Assembly (NCBI RefSeq): GCF_006345805.1
Contig: NC_042998.1
Location: 5,208,001 to 5,272,000 of the forward strand
Source: Octopus sinensis
Lineage: Eukaryota
Reading direction: 5' to 3'
DNA: 64,000 bases
A program made the position numbers and the translations under genes. Of this stretch, positions 1 through 11,983 are shown in pieces (positions within the stretch are counted from its first letter, which is position 1; each line of letters starts with the position of its first letter). Under the pieces are notes generated by a model. It was not told where the DNA came from and made no database searches. It saw nothing but the letters and a program-made list of their open reading frames with translations.

Positions 1-371
1 TCACCTTTAAGGTACATCCAAGGCTTGGGCCCGTGCCATCCGCCCAAAACAAAAATCGCACTCTCATCTCATAACAACATACGGCACAATTATTTCACCT
101 CAATTGGCCCCGCTCTTTAACATTACACCAAAAACACATTAAAACAGAAACTGACCCTATAGGGTTCAAGAAGTCTTTGGACAGATTCCTTCAAGAAATC
201 CCGGATAAACCCCCTACACCGGATATGTCTCTGTAAACAATAACTCTCTACTGAGTGGGCCATAGTGCCAAAATTCTGACTTGAAAGACTTCACCAGGTG
301 GTGCTATAAGTTAGGACATGGCCTGGGCCAATAATGGCCGAAACCTATCAAAGTATCAAAGTATCAAAGTA
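1..371 (+). mobile_element. 3' end of a CR1/L2-like LINE (RT C-terminal remnant, 3' UTR, tandem tail)
   Basis: Frameshifted translation HNYFTSIGP-LFN..HIKTETDPIGFKKSLDRFLQEIPDKPPTP matches the CR1-type C-terminal pattern (GP.LFN.LP...FK..LD.FL..IPD.P). Ends in a GGCC-aataat-GGCC stem and (TATCAAAG)x3 at 346-369. Confidence 0.7.
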
Positions 372-374
372 TAA

Positions 375-443
<69 letters not shown>

Positions 444-462
444 CATATTATATATATATATA

Positions 463-500
<38 letters not shown>

Positions 501-730
501 TATAATATATATATATATATGCATATTATATATATTATATATATATATAGGCATATATATAATATATATATTATATGCATATATATATATAATATATATA
601 TATGCATATATATATATTAAATATGCATATATTATATATATATATGCATATATAAATATGCATATATATATTGCATATATGCAACATATATGTACATACT
701 TACATATATATGTATATACATATGCATATA
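375..730. repeat. (TA)n microsatellite with TGCATA interruptions
   Basis: Direct reading; source of the YIYI ORFs at 334-756. Confidence 0.95.
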
Positions 731-732
731 TG

Positions 733-1140
733 GGTACAGGACGTCATAAAACGTAAACAACATGAAATACGAAGGCAAACTTGGGTATGAAAACAACGAG
801 AGAAACGAAAGGAAAACAAGACAAGTAACATAAAGAACGACCTTTCATCAGTTGTCGGCTGTTTATCTATTCCACATTTCGAGCAATTACGACAAGATGT
901 GTCTTCGGGAAAACAGTTGCTGCCGCAAAGCAAAATAGAATTTGGGATTTGTGGAGGGTCAAAGTCGGTAACAAAAACAGGGGCTGCTAAATCATAACGA
1001 GGTGAGTTGGCGAACGCTGCAGGAACAAGCTTTGACAGGAGAAAAGATAGAAGAGGAGACAGACAAGAATTCGTGTGATCTATGTGGCAAATCAAAAGGA
1101 AAGAAGCTAAAGTTAGGAAAAGAAAGATTCATATAATGCT
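733..1140 (-). mobile_element. Dispersed repeat, family E (PLE-terminus-like, two CUGANGA-like boxes)
   Basis: Begins GGGTACAGGACGTCA, the reverse complement of the end of 44130-44412. Shares TAGATAAA(A)CAG..GACA.CTGATGAA.GG with that copy. Confidence 0.55.
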
Positions 1141-1215
1141 CATTTTGTGTTACCGCTAGTTTTTGTTGCCGTTGATGCTTAAGTTTATGTCAGTCAGTCT
1201 AGATCTAAGTGAACT

Positions 1216-1264
1216 ATGATAAAGGGCTTACAGTCTGTGATTATCTTAGCAACTTTCTATATCG
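1216..1264 (+). CDS. Candidate first coding exon (signal-peptide-like) of an unidentified host gene
   Basis: ATG at 1216 gives MIKGLQSVIILATFYI plus 1 nt, then donor G|GTAATT (phase 1). Possible upstream acceptor ttatgtcag near 1192. No homology recognised. Confidence 0.3.
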
Positions 1265-1313
1265 GTAATTGCATTGTCATATGTATCTTTTTTCTGTTTT
1301 TGTTTAAGATATA

Positions 1314-1707
1314 CGAGCAGTATCGCCCGGCGTTGCTCGGGTTTGTAAGGGAAATAACTATATAAGCATTTTTAGAGAGTTATAGCCAAAAAATAGCAAA
1401 AAAATGCATTAAAAATGGAAAAAAATTATGGTAAATTTTTTTTAAATCGTTGACTCATTGTAGACATTTTTAGAGAGTTACTTCCCTTATATAATAGCGA
1501 AAAAATGCATTAAAATGGAAAAAATTATGGTAATTTTTTTTTAAATCGTAGACTCATCGTAGACGCACGCTAATACCCAGAAGGGCTCGATATGAATCAC
1601 GACTATAAGATACCCGGTTTTGGTTAAACTGCACCGCAAAATGTGGGAGTAGTTAGGAATCTAAATCGTTAGAGACAGACACACAACCTTACTTTTATAT
1701 ATAAAGA
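1314..1707 (-). mobile_element. Non-autonomous Helitron
   Basis: On the minus strand it starts A|TCTTTATATATAAAAG and ends with hairpin CCCGAGCAACGCCGGG then CTCG|T (CTAG decayed). Homologous to 52976-53374. Confidence 0.8.
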
Positions 1708-2904
1708 TTTCCTGAAAGACAGAATATGACGTCTGGTGCTTGCTGTTTTACAATTTAACATATTGTCGAACAGTTCAAATTTTTAATGGCTTCAAGGGAG
1801 TAAATCTAAAATTAATAACTATAGCTTAGTTAACCTGTGTTGAGATAAGTTGAGATTTGACTGCGATATTTAGCAGTTCAAGTAACCAAATAAAGGTGTT
1901 CTCCTTGTACACAACTAACTGGTAGTCATTGTGGTGGAGCTGTTTTCTGAACTAGCACTATGGAATAATTTACTTTCAAAAATGCTTCATCTATGAAAGG
2001 AAGGGTGCATTCAATAATGCGTTGTAAAGTTTCTCAGATGTTTCACAGTGCCATGTAATATTAATTGAACATAAATAAAAATACCAACACAAAATAAGTA
2101 GATATAAAATTGAATACAGAAAATTTGTTTATGATTGTAAAATCTACACTTTAAAAGTAAGCTAAAACAATGAATTTGCAGTTGGCACATGAAATTATGT
2201 AATTTTTAGCGTAACAGGTTAAGTTTTTAAATTGCCACCATAATTTCTAAATACACCATCTCTAAAACTTACAGGAACACGCTTGCACTATCTGAAAGGC
2301 ACACACATACACAAACGGATACGCATGCACATACAAACATACATCCTCCTTTTGACAATGATTCCTACAAATCAATTCAATAGACGTATGCATCAGCAAG
2401 GCATGCATACAAAGACTCAGGAAATACATTTCTAAATGTCAAGAATAATAATAGGATAGAATTTTTTTCCCCATACGAGAACTCATGACCAAAAAGACAA
2501 TGATACACTCTGGAAAATTTAATAGGAAATTAGATTTTTTTAAAAAATAAAAGAATGCTGAAATTAAAATATATGACCTGGTTTGGCTATATTGGCTAAC
2601 TAACTCCATGTTATCAAGCGGAATATAATGATGAAAATGCATGTTTTTGCAGAATACACACATATAAATAGAGGAATTGAAGCAAGTGCATGTAATGTAT
2701 TGGCAACTACAAATACACTGATCCGCATATTTGCATAAAAAGAATATTAATAAATGAGAAAATCATGAATATATATAGAAATAGATTCTTAGCAATAAGC
2801 ACATTTAATAACATAAAGAGTTAAGGTTGAAAGGCGACTGTGCGAATAAGCATGCGTGTCTCTGTGAGCACGAATGCGATATATTTTTGTATTGTTCGTT
2901 CAAG

Positions 2905-3026
2905 GAGCATTATATGTGTGCGTGTGTGTTTGTGTGTGTATGTGTGCGTATATATGTGTGTGTGTGCGTGTGTGTGTGTGTGTGTGTTTGTGTGTGTACG
3001 TGCGTGCCCGTGTGTGTGTGTGTGTA
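2905..3026. repeat. (TG)n microsatellite
   Basis: Direct reading. Confidence 0.95.
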
Positions 3027-3199
3027 GCTTCAAAACTTATCACCAAACAAAACATTATTCTGATCTACATTCTGTAAATCACTGGATCAATAGGTAAACG
3101 AAGCAACATGCTCAAAACTCTAACTCATGCCCTTCGGAAAAGCGAATGTGCTTAAAGATCTATTTTCTCTTCCTTCAAGAGAACCATTTATAGTATCCA

Positions 3200-3620
3200 A
3201 CAGTATCAAAGACCTAGGATTAATTAGTAACAACCATCTCAGTTGGAGCGCTTACACCAACAATGAAGTCAATTGCTCGTAGGGCATATAGTGAAAGAAA
3301 AGAAGATATCTATTGGTGTACTGTTGTAGAAATAAGCTATTTGTTATATGAAATAAGGTTAGTTTATACTTTGAGCCATACAGAGGTCCTGTTTGCTAAG
3401 TTATAGCATAGAGGAAGCTGTGGCCCATCCCAGTGAAAGTAAAGAATATGTGGTATTCTATCTTAGGGGATAGGTTGTTGACAACTTTGTAGAGAGTTGT
3501 CTTGAAAGTCAGGACCAGGTGGCGGCACTGGTGGTGAAAGAAAGGGAGTCCTATTCGAATAAATATTACAATTATATCTTTGGGGTCCCGACTTGCGGCT
3601 GAGGGGTTGCCTGCAGGCAG
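3200..3620. pseudogene. Degenerate CR1-type RT fragments in both orientations
   Basis: Plus strand KDLGLISNNHLSW (cf. KDLG..D..L.W). Minus strand TLYKVVNNLSPKIEY (cf. LYK..VRP.LEY). Confidence 0.4.
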
Positions 3621-4468
3621 CAAGAGAATTGATAGGGGATTGTTGAAGAGACTTAATGTCTCAGTCTGTGTAAGAGGTTTATTACCTCATTTTTGTGTGT
3701 TTGTTTTTGTTTTTTGTTTTTTTTTTGTAAAAAGACAAAAAAAATGTAATGGAACAATTATAAAAACTAATGTAAGAGGTTTAATGCCTCATTTTGTGTT
3801 TAAAAAAAATAAGAATAACGCATTAGAGAAGCAAAAAATCGGCGGGCGTTTGTTGTCTTCTCCGATCGATATCATCCTTTTTCATCATTCATCTCACCAA
3901 TGTCTTTGTCCAGCCCGCATGCTACTCAGTGTTAAGCCTTTTTGGCAAAATTTTGAAACAAAATTATAGCATCTGTTCCCACCCTGCCCTGTGAATGTTA
4001 ATACTTTGACTGCAAATGGTGCTCTTCTTGTCGGCCAGTTAAGCTATAATATGTCGTTGTTGAAGTGGTCAGGGTGTGTTGAGTGCCAATTGCAGATGTT
4101 GCAGAGGTTGAAAGTTTGTTGGTACTTGCTGTGGAACAGATCTAAAGCAGTTAACTAAACCAGATAAGCATGATATGCGTCGGATAACAGTAGAGAAATC
4201 AGTTGTGCTAGACGCTGTCTCTATGTATGCAGTTTAATGCGACGCAAGAAGCGCCCAGAATTGATTTAGGACTAGAACTCTCACAAATAAGCATGACGAA
4301 TATGACAGGAAAACATCTAAATATCGAACACTTCCTTTCATTGAGTGGTAGCGTGTCGGTCTGTAGGGTCATACCTAGAAGTATGTACACACAAATGTTG
4401 TGACTCCCTCTTTTGGCTTTTCTTTTCTGATGCAAGCGTAGTGCTGCACTTTCTCCTACATCTCCATA

Positions 4469-5455
4469 TGCACTTACATAATGACTTCAAATTTTTCTAT
4501 AAGGGCAACAATACTGAGGGAAGGGATGAGTCGACCCCGGTATTCAATTGGTACTTATTTTATCGAACCCAAAAGGATGAAACGTAAAATCGACCTCGGC
4601 AGAATTTGAACTGAGAACGTAGCGACGTGTGAAATACCGCTAAGCCTTTCGTCCGGCGTCCTAACGGTTCTGCCAGCTAGCCAATTTCGTTTGCACTTAC
4701 ATAATATTTTCTACTCTAGGCACAAGGCCTGAAATTTTGGGGGAGGGGGCCAGTCGATTAGAAAGGATGAGAGGTAAAGTCGACCTCGGCGGAATTTGAA
4801 CTGAGAACGTAGCGATGTGCGAAATACCTATTTCTTTACTACCCGCAAGGGGCTACACACAGAGGGGACAAACAAGGACAAACGAACGGATTAAGTCAAT
4901 TACATCGACCCCAATGCGTAACTGGTGCTTAATTTATCGACCCGGAAAGGATAAAAGACAAAGTGGACCTCGGCGGAATTTGAACTCAGAACACAGCGGC
5001 GGACGAAATACCACTAAGCATTTCGCCCGGCGTGCTAACAATTCTACCAGCTCGCCACCTTCAAATGTTCTTTATTACTCAAGAAACAAAACCCGAAATT
5101 TTGGGGGAAGGGGCCAGTCGATTAGATCGACCCCAGTACGCAACTGGAACTTAATTTATTAAGTCGACCTCGGCGGAAATTGAACTGAGAACGTAGCGAT
5201 GTGTGAAATACCTATTTCTTTACTACCCACAAGGGGCTAAACACAGAGGGGACAAACAAGAACAGAGAAACGGATTAAGTCGATTACGTCGACCCCAGTG
5301 CGTAACTGGTACTTAATTTATCGGCTCCGAAAGGATGAACGGCAAAGTCGACCTCGGCGGAATTTGAACTCAGAACGTAGCGATGGGCGAAGTACCGCTA
5401 AGCCTTTCGTCCGGCGTGCTAAATATTCTGCCAGCTTCGTTTGCACTTACATAAT
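4469..5455 (-). mobile_element. Cluster of tandem/partial family C SINEs
   Basis: Four to five repeats of the reverse complement of ttctgagttcaaattccgccgaggtcgactttgcctttcatcctttcggggtcgataaattaagtacc. This central box resembles the Ceph/Sauria-type SINE domain as recalled. The 14-mer TGCACTTACATAAT occurs at 4469, 4692 and 5442. Confidence 0.85.
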
Positions 5456-5771
5456 GCTACATATATTCAATTACTGCTCACTCTAATCCCCGCCTTTCTT
5501 TGTACATGACCAACATTGAGGCCGATAAATCCCATCTCTGCTAGAGACAACATTTCTCCGTTCTAACACTTGCCACTGGTGCTCCTTCAGTACATCATGT
5601 CAAATTTCCTTCTCTTTAACTCTTATATTTCACTCTGACTTTATCTTGACAGAAAAGAGCGATGTTCGAAAGCCAGATGCCGAAATTCCATTGCGTGCAT
5701 GTGTGTGAGTGTCATGATGTAATGTTTTTTTTTATTTTGTTTTGTTGTATCAAAATTGCCTATAAGAAATA

Positions 5772-6003
5772 TTTATAGTTACGAATTTTGTAACTTTTTG
5801 TTACTTTTCAGTATTAAATTTGACAATAGATGTCAAGAAGTTTCTTTCTTTTTTTTATGTTGATGCTTTGGTTCGCTTTCAAAAGATTTACGCTCATACA
5901 GATTTCAGCTAGAGCCATCAAATTCTTTTACCTGAGGACTTTATCCGATGTGTCGAAATGCATCGTCCATTTTAAAGATAGAATTCTTTGAACTCAAGGG
6001 AAT
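5772..6003 (+). repeat. 232-bp segment duplicated in inverted orientation at 13048-13279
   Basis: Base-by-base comparison by eye found about 2 substitutions. Confidence 0.9.
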
Positions 6004-7544
6004 TTGACTCATATTTGTAAAATACAGGCTTCTACACAGGCTTAACTAAGTAACGCATCAATAGTATCGGTTTATCATGCATTCCTCTTTTGATGTCTCA
6101 AAAACTACTATTCCACACCGTAGCAGATGTATTTTCAAATGCTCAATATATTAAGGGGAACAGACATATTTAGAATCAAAATTGTAAAATGCAAAGTCAC
6201 GTGTTGTGCTTCTGAGCAAATTAGGAAAACTCCTGACGTATGCATGTATTTTTATGTGTGTCTGTGTGTGTGAGAGAGAGAGGGGGAGGGAGGGGGAGGG
6301 AAGCGGAAGGGAGGGGGAGTAGCTATAGTGACGGAAACAGAGCAACTAATCTTAGCTCGAAAATATATGTTTACAATGGATTTCGTGAATGACATAATGC
6401 ACGAACACACACACACACACATAAATACATACACACACACACACAAATGATTTTCCATACCTGAGAAGAAAGTACACTCTATAATGTTAATTCAACTGCT
6501 AAGTTTCTATATCATCAAGCAATATATTCTTGATTATGGAATGTAACTCGTCGGATTGAAACCGAGCAGATGTTGAATGTTCATGTATGGCTTATAACGA
6601 TAGTCAAGTGAATGATTAAGTGTAAAACAGAAGCCAAGTTTAGGAAACAGCAGGTAGCGTCCAATGATAATGGAGCAAGGTAACGGAGGACACCTTTTAA
6701 GGCCAGAACGAAGAATCGCTAGTCTTCTTTTTAGGAACCAAGTGAGGTACAATGCTAGACCTTTACTTATACTATATATAGCGATTAAAAGACGAAACAA
6801 CACCGTACAAAATCAACTGGAAGTTGCTGGAATAATCTGGACTACAGTGGAACGGATGCAGAATCTTGAGCTGGGAATGCATTCCAAAATATTTACCGAA
6901 TCTGGGAGTATTTTGCACTCAGCAAGCGAAATTTTCGCGTGCCGCTTTCATGCAGGAGTCTCTTTAGGAGACTTTATCATGTAGATGAGAACTAGGGCAC
7001 GATTTAAATAAACACCCACAGTTATCAGCTCGGCCCGCTGATAACATAAATCTAGCTTAACACGGTTAAGCGCTCGGTCCGCTGATAAAAGAAATCTCAG
7101 AAAAAATATATCTCAGAATGTTTCATTTTAGTTTTTATTACCATCGAACTAATCCACAAACTATGTACCTTCAGCATAAAGTGGCTGTGCACTTCCGGTC
7201 AGGATGTCTGAAGAGACTTCAATATTTCTAGTGGTAATATTCGCTCCGTAGCTACCATCTGACCTGTTGTGTGCCACAACCAGTAATATATAGCTTAATT
7301 ACACGCACACATACTCTAGCATTTGTATTTCAGGCTAGTCTTCCTTGTCCCGTCCAAGTTCTTATGTAAGAGACAAATAGGGTCAATGTGGTTGGCGACC
7401 AGCGTCGTCCCAAGCATTTTATGAAACTTGCATGGGTGAATGCCAAATTTGATCTCCGAGGGGTTCAAACTCAGTATGAAGATTTGGGACAAAAACCGCA
7501 AATCATTCTATAGAACATTCCATCGACTCTATATATGCAAGCGA

Positions 7545-7624
<80 letters not shown>

Positions 7625-8049
7625 GCAAACAGACACATACAATACACATTTGTGTGTGTATGTATGTCTATATGCATATTTGTATATTTGTATGTTTGTT
7701 TGCATACCTATATATGTGCATGTAAATATGCGTGCATATATCTGTGAAGGTATCATTTATTCATAAAATTTCCGTTTTTAATATGAATTAAATTTAACGC
7801 TATCGTTATACATATTTGAGAGAGTAGTTTGTTAATCCATTCAATTCACATAATCTTTTATATTTCGTTTGATTCGCTGTTCAAGTGGTGTTTGTTCTTG
7901 TTTTCATGGACTTGCAATTTTCCATAATCTGGTGACTGTTAAGCAAGTACAACTTATCATATACAACTTTAAATTTGATCATCATAGAGCTTGAAACAAC
8001 AAACATACACCTACGTTTTATATGGGAGAGTGTTGTGTTAATATTTAAA

Positions 8050-8855
8050 ACCTGCAGTGTTTTGCGGTTCATTGCTAAAATTACGTTTTAAAGAGAAGAA
8101 CCTTTAAAGTATGTCGCAAGGTGAACCAAAAGTCCATTAAAATGAGGACTAGTAAAGTAAATAGACGGCAAAAGCTTTCGAACAGCAATTCGATAACTTG
8201 TAACAGACTTTGTCCACTCTTCCATGACTCTTTCTCGTCATCTGTGGGTCATCAGCAAAATTCAATTGTTGAAATATAAGACTTCCACAACTGACTTAAG
8301 ATTAGAAATTCAGATGGTTCGAGGTTTAAGTACCATTGTTAATATACAGAATCAGGAACCTATTTTGCACCGTGAGAAAATAATTGTTGTTTGATAATAA
8401 GAAGCCATCTGAGCAATGGTTAACAGCAGATGCGTCATTCAAATGTTTGAAAAGCGGTCACAACACTGCGTAAAAGTTAAAGGGATTACATATTCGCAAA
8501 AGATGTAATGAACTCGTCATACGAGGTGGTATCAAACATTCCTGGACTAGTTATGTTTAATAAAACAAAAACTTATTTACCTATGTTTAAAATCATCTCC
8601 TTCGAAGTAATCACACCGATCCCAGTGTTCCAGTCACTTTTGGAATCGTATTTTTGTAAATGTGCGGAAGGAATTCCTGCAAATTGTGTCAAAATAGCAA
8701 CTGTATGAAAGGTAAATTTCTCTAATTGACAAGGCTCACAAACTTTTCAAATTTCCCTTCAAAATTTACAGTGTTATAGTTTGAAATATTGTTTCACGAA
8801 CCTAATTCATCTAACATCACCCTGACCAATTACCACTTTTTCGAAAACATGGGTT
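8050..8855 (+). pseudogene. Mariner transposase remnants
   Basis: NQEPILHR..EQWL resembles the mariner N.PFL.RI..QW region. A TIR-like tacgaggtggtatcaaa starts near 8520. HEPNSSNITLTNYHFFENM resembles HPPYSPDLAPSDYHLF. Confidence 0.5.
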
Positions 8856-9554
8856 TATGCGTTACTAGTTATGATATACAGAGCATACGCAGTGGAAATT
8901 AAGATAAACCCCAGTATAAATATGTAGTTCCTACGTAGATTTCTACAATGTGTACTCGCTCTCTCTCTCTCTCTCTCTCGCTCTCTCTCTCTCTTTCCCC
9001 ATATATATCTATAAATATATTTATGCGTGTGTGTGTGGTATACACATTTATCCAGCTCTTTCTGGTATAGATAGACACAAAACGTTGTCTGTGTATGCAA
9101 TATGTTCAAGGACAGAAAAGATATTTACATTTATTTATACATAGTATACATAGTTGAAATATATTGATTTCTTTCTCGCCTAGAAACACACAATATTGAA
9201 AATGTCAAATTTATAATTATGGTGAATTAATGCATGATTGTTGTCACCTTAGCCATTGCGCTCATCATTACCACTCGTCTGCGGCTGTTATCGCGATTAC
9301 TGTAGCTTTTGTGTCATCGTGCTTATGGTAGTCACTGTGAGAATATTGGCCTTTGTTATTGTTTGGACAGCTATTGTCATTATACACATTGTTTTATAAT
9401 TATTATCATTGAGAGCTAGCACAATTGTTAAAGTGTCGAGGAAAAAAATACTTTACTGTATTTCTGCCGACAGTATACATTTTGAGTTCAAATTCAGCCG
9501 GGGTCGACATTTCCTTTCATAATTTTTGAGTCGACAAAATAGGAAGGAAGGAAT

Positions 9555-9870
9555 TTCAACCATGTTTCGTGGTCTGCTACCACAACAGCTCCTTTATAGG
9601 ATCCAGTTAGCTCAAGACTTCATCAGGAGGAACTACGTCCGGTTTCGGCCCCTACTCCTCTACCGTTTTGACGTGACGCCCTCCTCCCTTTCGGAGGTGT
9701 CTTCAGCTCTGGTGTTGAGTGCATGTCTTCTTTCTTCTTCTTTCTTCTCTTCCCTGGCTTCTTCGATGCAGCGTCAACGAGTGTCAGCCGGTGACTGACT
9801 GTCTTGTCAAATTTCCCTTTAAATACCCGCCGCTAGACTCCAGCAGGTAGCCCCAGCAAGTTGTCACGTG
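9555..9870 (-). mobile_element. PLE-terminus-like repeat with two decayed hammerhead cores in tandem
   Basis: Minus strand: CTGAAGA...GGCC-GAAAC-CGGAC-GTA-gttcctc-CTGATGA-AGTC...GACCAC-GAAAC-ATG-GTT. Confidence 0.55.
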
Positions 9871-10450
9871 ACACTCGCTAAACTCGAGTACTGCGGTCTA
9901 TGTAATCGACTTGCCCATTACCTTCGAAAGAGCCGTCCTTGTGCCAAAATTACCAAGAATTATGTTCAGCATTGCCATTATATTCATTATAGTTATTGTG
10001 CCTATTGTAGCCGTTGTCTTTGTAGTAACAATTATGATTATCATGTTAATAGTGGTCTTTTTCTGTTCTTTGTGCATAATGTATTTGTTTACATTGTGGT
10101 TATTAAGTCTATGGTGTCCATTGGGTTTAATATAGCTATTATGGTCATTGTTACCATTGCGATGGTGGTGGAAATTTTGTTCAGAATGGTCATTGTAGAT
10201 TCAATGGTTATTTTACCTTTTGTCTTTTACTTGTTCCAGTCATCTGACTGCGACTATATATGGGTATTACCTTAAAGGGTTTAGCCGAACAATTGGCTTC
10301 CAGAAATTATTAAAATTTTTTCTACCCTTCTGATATCGTTCTCCTTTTACTAAATCGCAACCGGGTCGCAAACAAACACCAGTCGTCAAGTAGGGGTTGG
10401 GAACAAACACAAAGACACACGTACATACAAACACACACGCAAGCACATTC

Positions 10451-10510
<60 letters not shown>

Positions 10511-10512
<2 letters not shown>

Positions 10513-10808
10513 GCGCAATAGCCCAGTGGTTAGGGCAGCGGACTCGCGGTTTCGATTCCCAGAACGGGTATTGTGTGTGTTTATTGATCGTAAACACCTA
10601 AAAGCTCCACGAGGTTCCGGCAGGGAATGGTGGCGGTCCCTGCTGTACTTCTTCGCCACAACTTTCTCTCACTCTTTCTTCTGTTGGTCTGCTCGCTTAG
10701 CCAGCGTGGTGGCGTCATTTGAAGGCTAAAAAAAACAATGCGAAGCGCATTGTGACTAGGGATGTGTAGCAACGTTTGATAGCCTGGTCGGTCACGGTGC
10801 TCGCGGGG

Positions 10809-10810
<2 letters not shown>
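10511..10810 (+). mobile_element. tRNA-derived SINE, family B
   Basis: Head gcgcaatagcccagtggttagggcagcggactcgcggtttcgattccc has A/B-box-like motifs. Body tttattgatcgtaaacacctaaaagctccacgagg is homologous to 52062-52442 and 56400-56692. Confidence 0.85.
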
Positions 10811-10862
<52 letters not shown>

Positions 10863-11329
10863 ACACACGCACAAACACACACCAAATACACACATATAAA
10901 CATATACTCAAACATGTGTATGTGTGTGTGTATTAAGAAAAAGAAGTAGTCAGGATGTTCGATAATTATTTATTTAGCGCTTCTATCGCTTTTTGAAAGA
11001 TTCATCAAGAATAATTTCCTTACAGAAAATTTATGCTAATGTGAGTTCGTTGAATAAAATCTGGTGCTGAACTGGGCAGAGGATGTTGGTTATTTTCAAT
11101 CTGTATGTGTATGTATTCATACATATGTGTATGTGTTTTTATGGGTATGTATATATGTATGTATGTGTTTGTGTATGTGTATGTGTGTGTATGTATGTAT
11201 GTGTGCTCGTATATGTGTAAAATTGTGTGTGACGATGCTTTGGAGGCTTGGCTAGAGAGAGAAGAAAACGAAAAAGAAAGAAAGAAGGAAAGAAAGAAAG
11301 GAAGGAAGAAAGAAAGAAAGAAAAGGTAA

Positions 11330-11846
11330 GAAATTCCCTCTCAGTGTCTGCAAACAAACAAAACCTTTATAAAGTAGAAAAGGAAGATTTACTAGCACTG
11401 AAGGATGGCATCTCAATCATCCTAAAAGAAGCCGATAAGGGCGAGGCGATATTGATTATGGATGGGGACTATTATAAAGATAAAATAGTGGAACTGATAA
11501 CAGACGAAAATTAATATAAGGAACCAACAAAAAAGTCTGTAAAAAGCAGCAAGAAATAAAATCGGAATATTAATTAACCAACACCGAGACTCCTTAACAG
11601 ATACAGAAATAGACTACTTTTGTAACTCTTTCTCTTTTATTCCTTTACTTGTTTCAGTCATTTGACTGTGGCCATGCTGGAGCACCGCCTTTAGTCGAGC
11701 AAATTCACCCCAGGACCTATTCTTTGTAAGTCGAGTACTTATTCTATCGGTCTCATTTGCCGAACCGCTAATTTACGGGGACGAAAACACACCAGCATCG
11801 GTTGTCAAGCGATGTTGAGGGGACAAACACACACACACACACACGC

Positions 11847-11896
<50 letters not shown>

Positions 11897-11938
11897 CCAA
11901 TATTTTGATCAATTCTTGTTGCTTTTTTCCTATATATA

Positions 11939-11983
<45 letters not shown>

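Noticed and set aside
6282-6318. G-run tract with G-quadruplex potential
   Set aside because: Part of a GA/GGA low-complexity run; such tracts are common and there is no context suggesting function.
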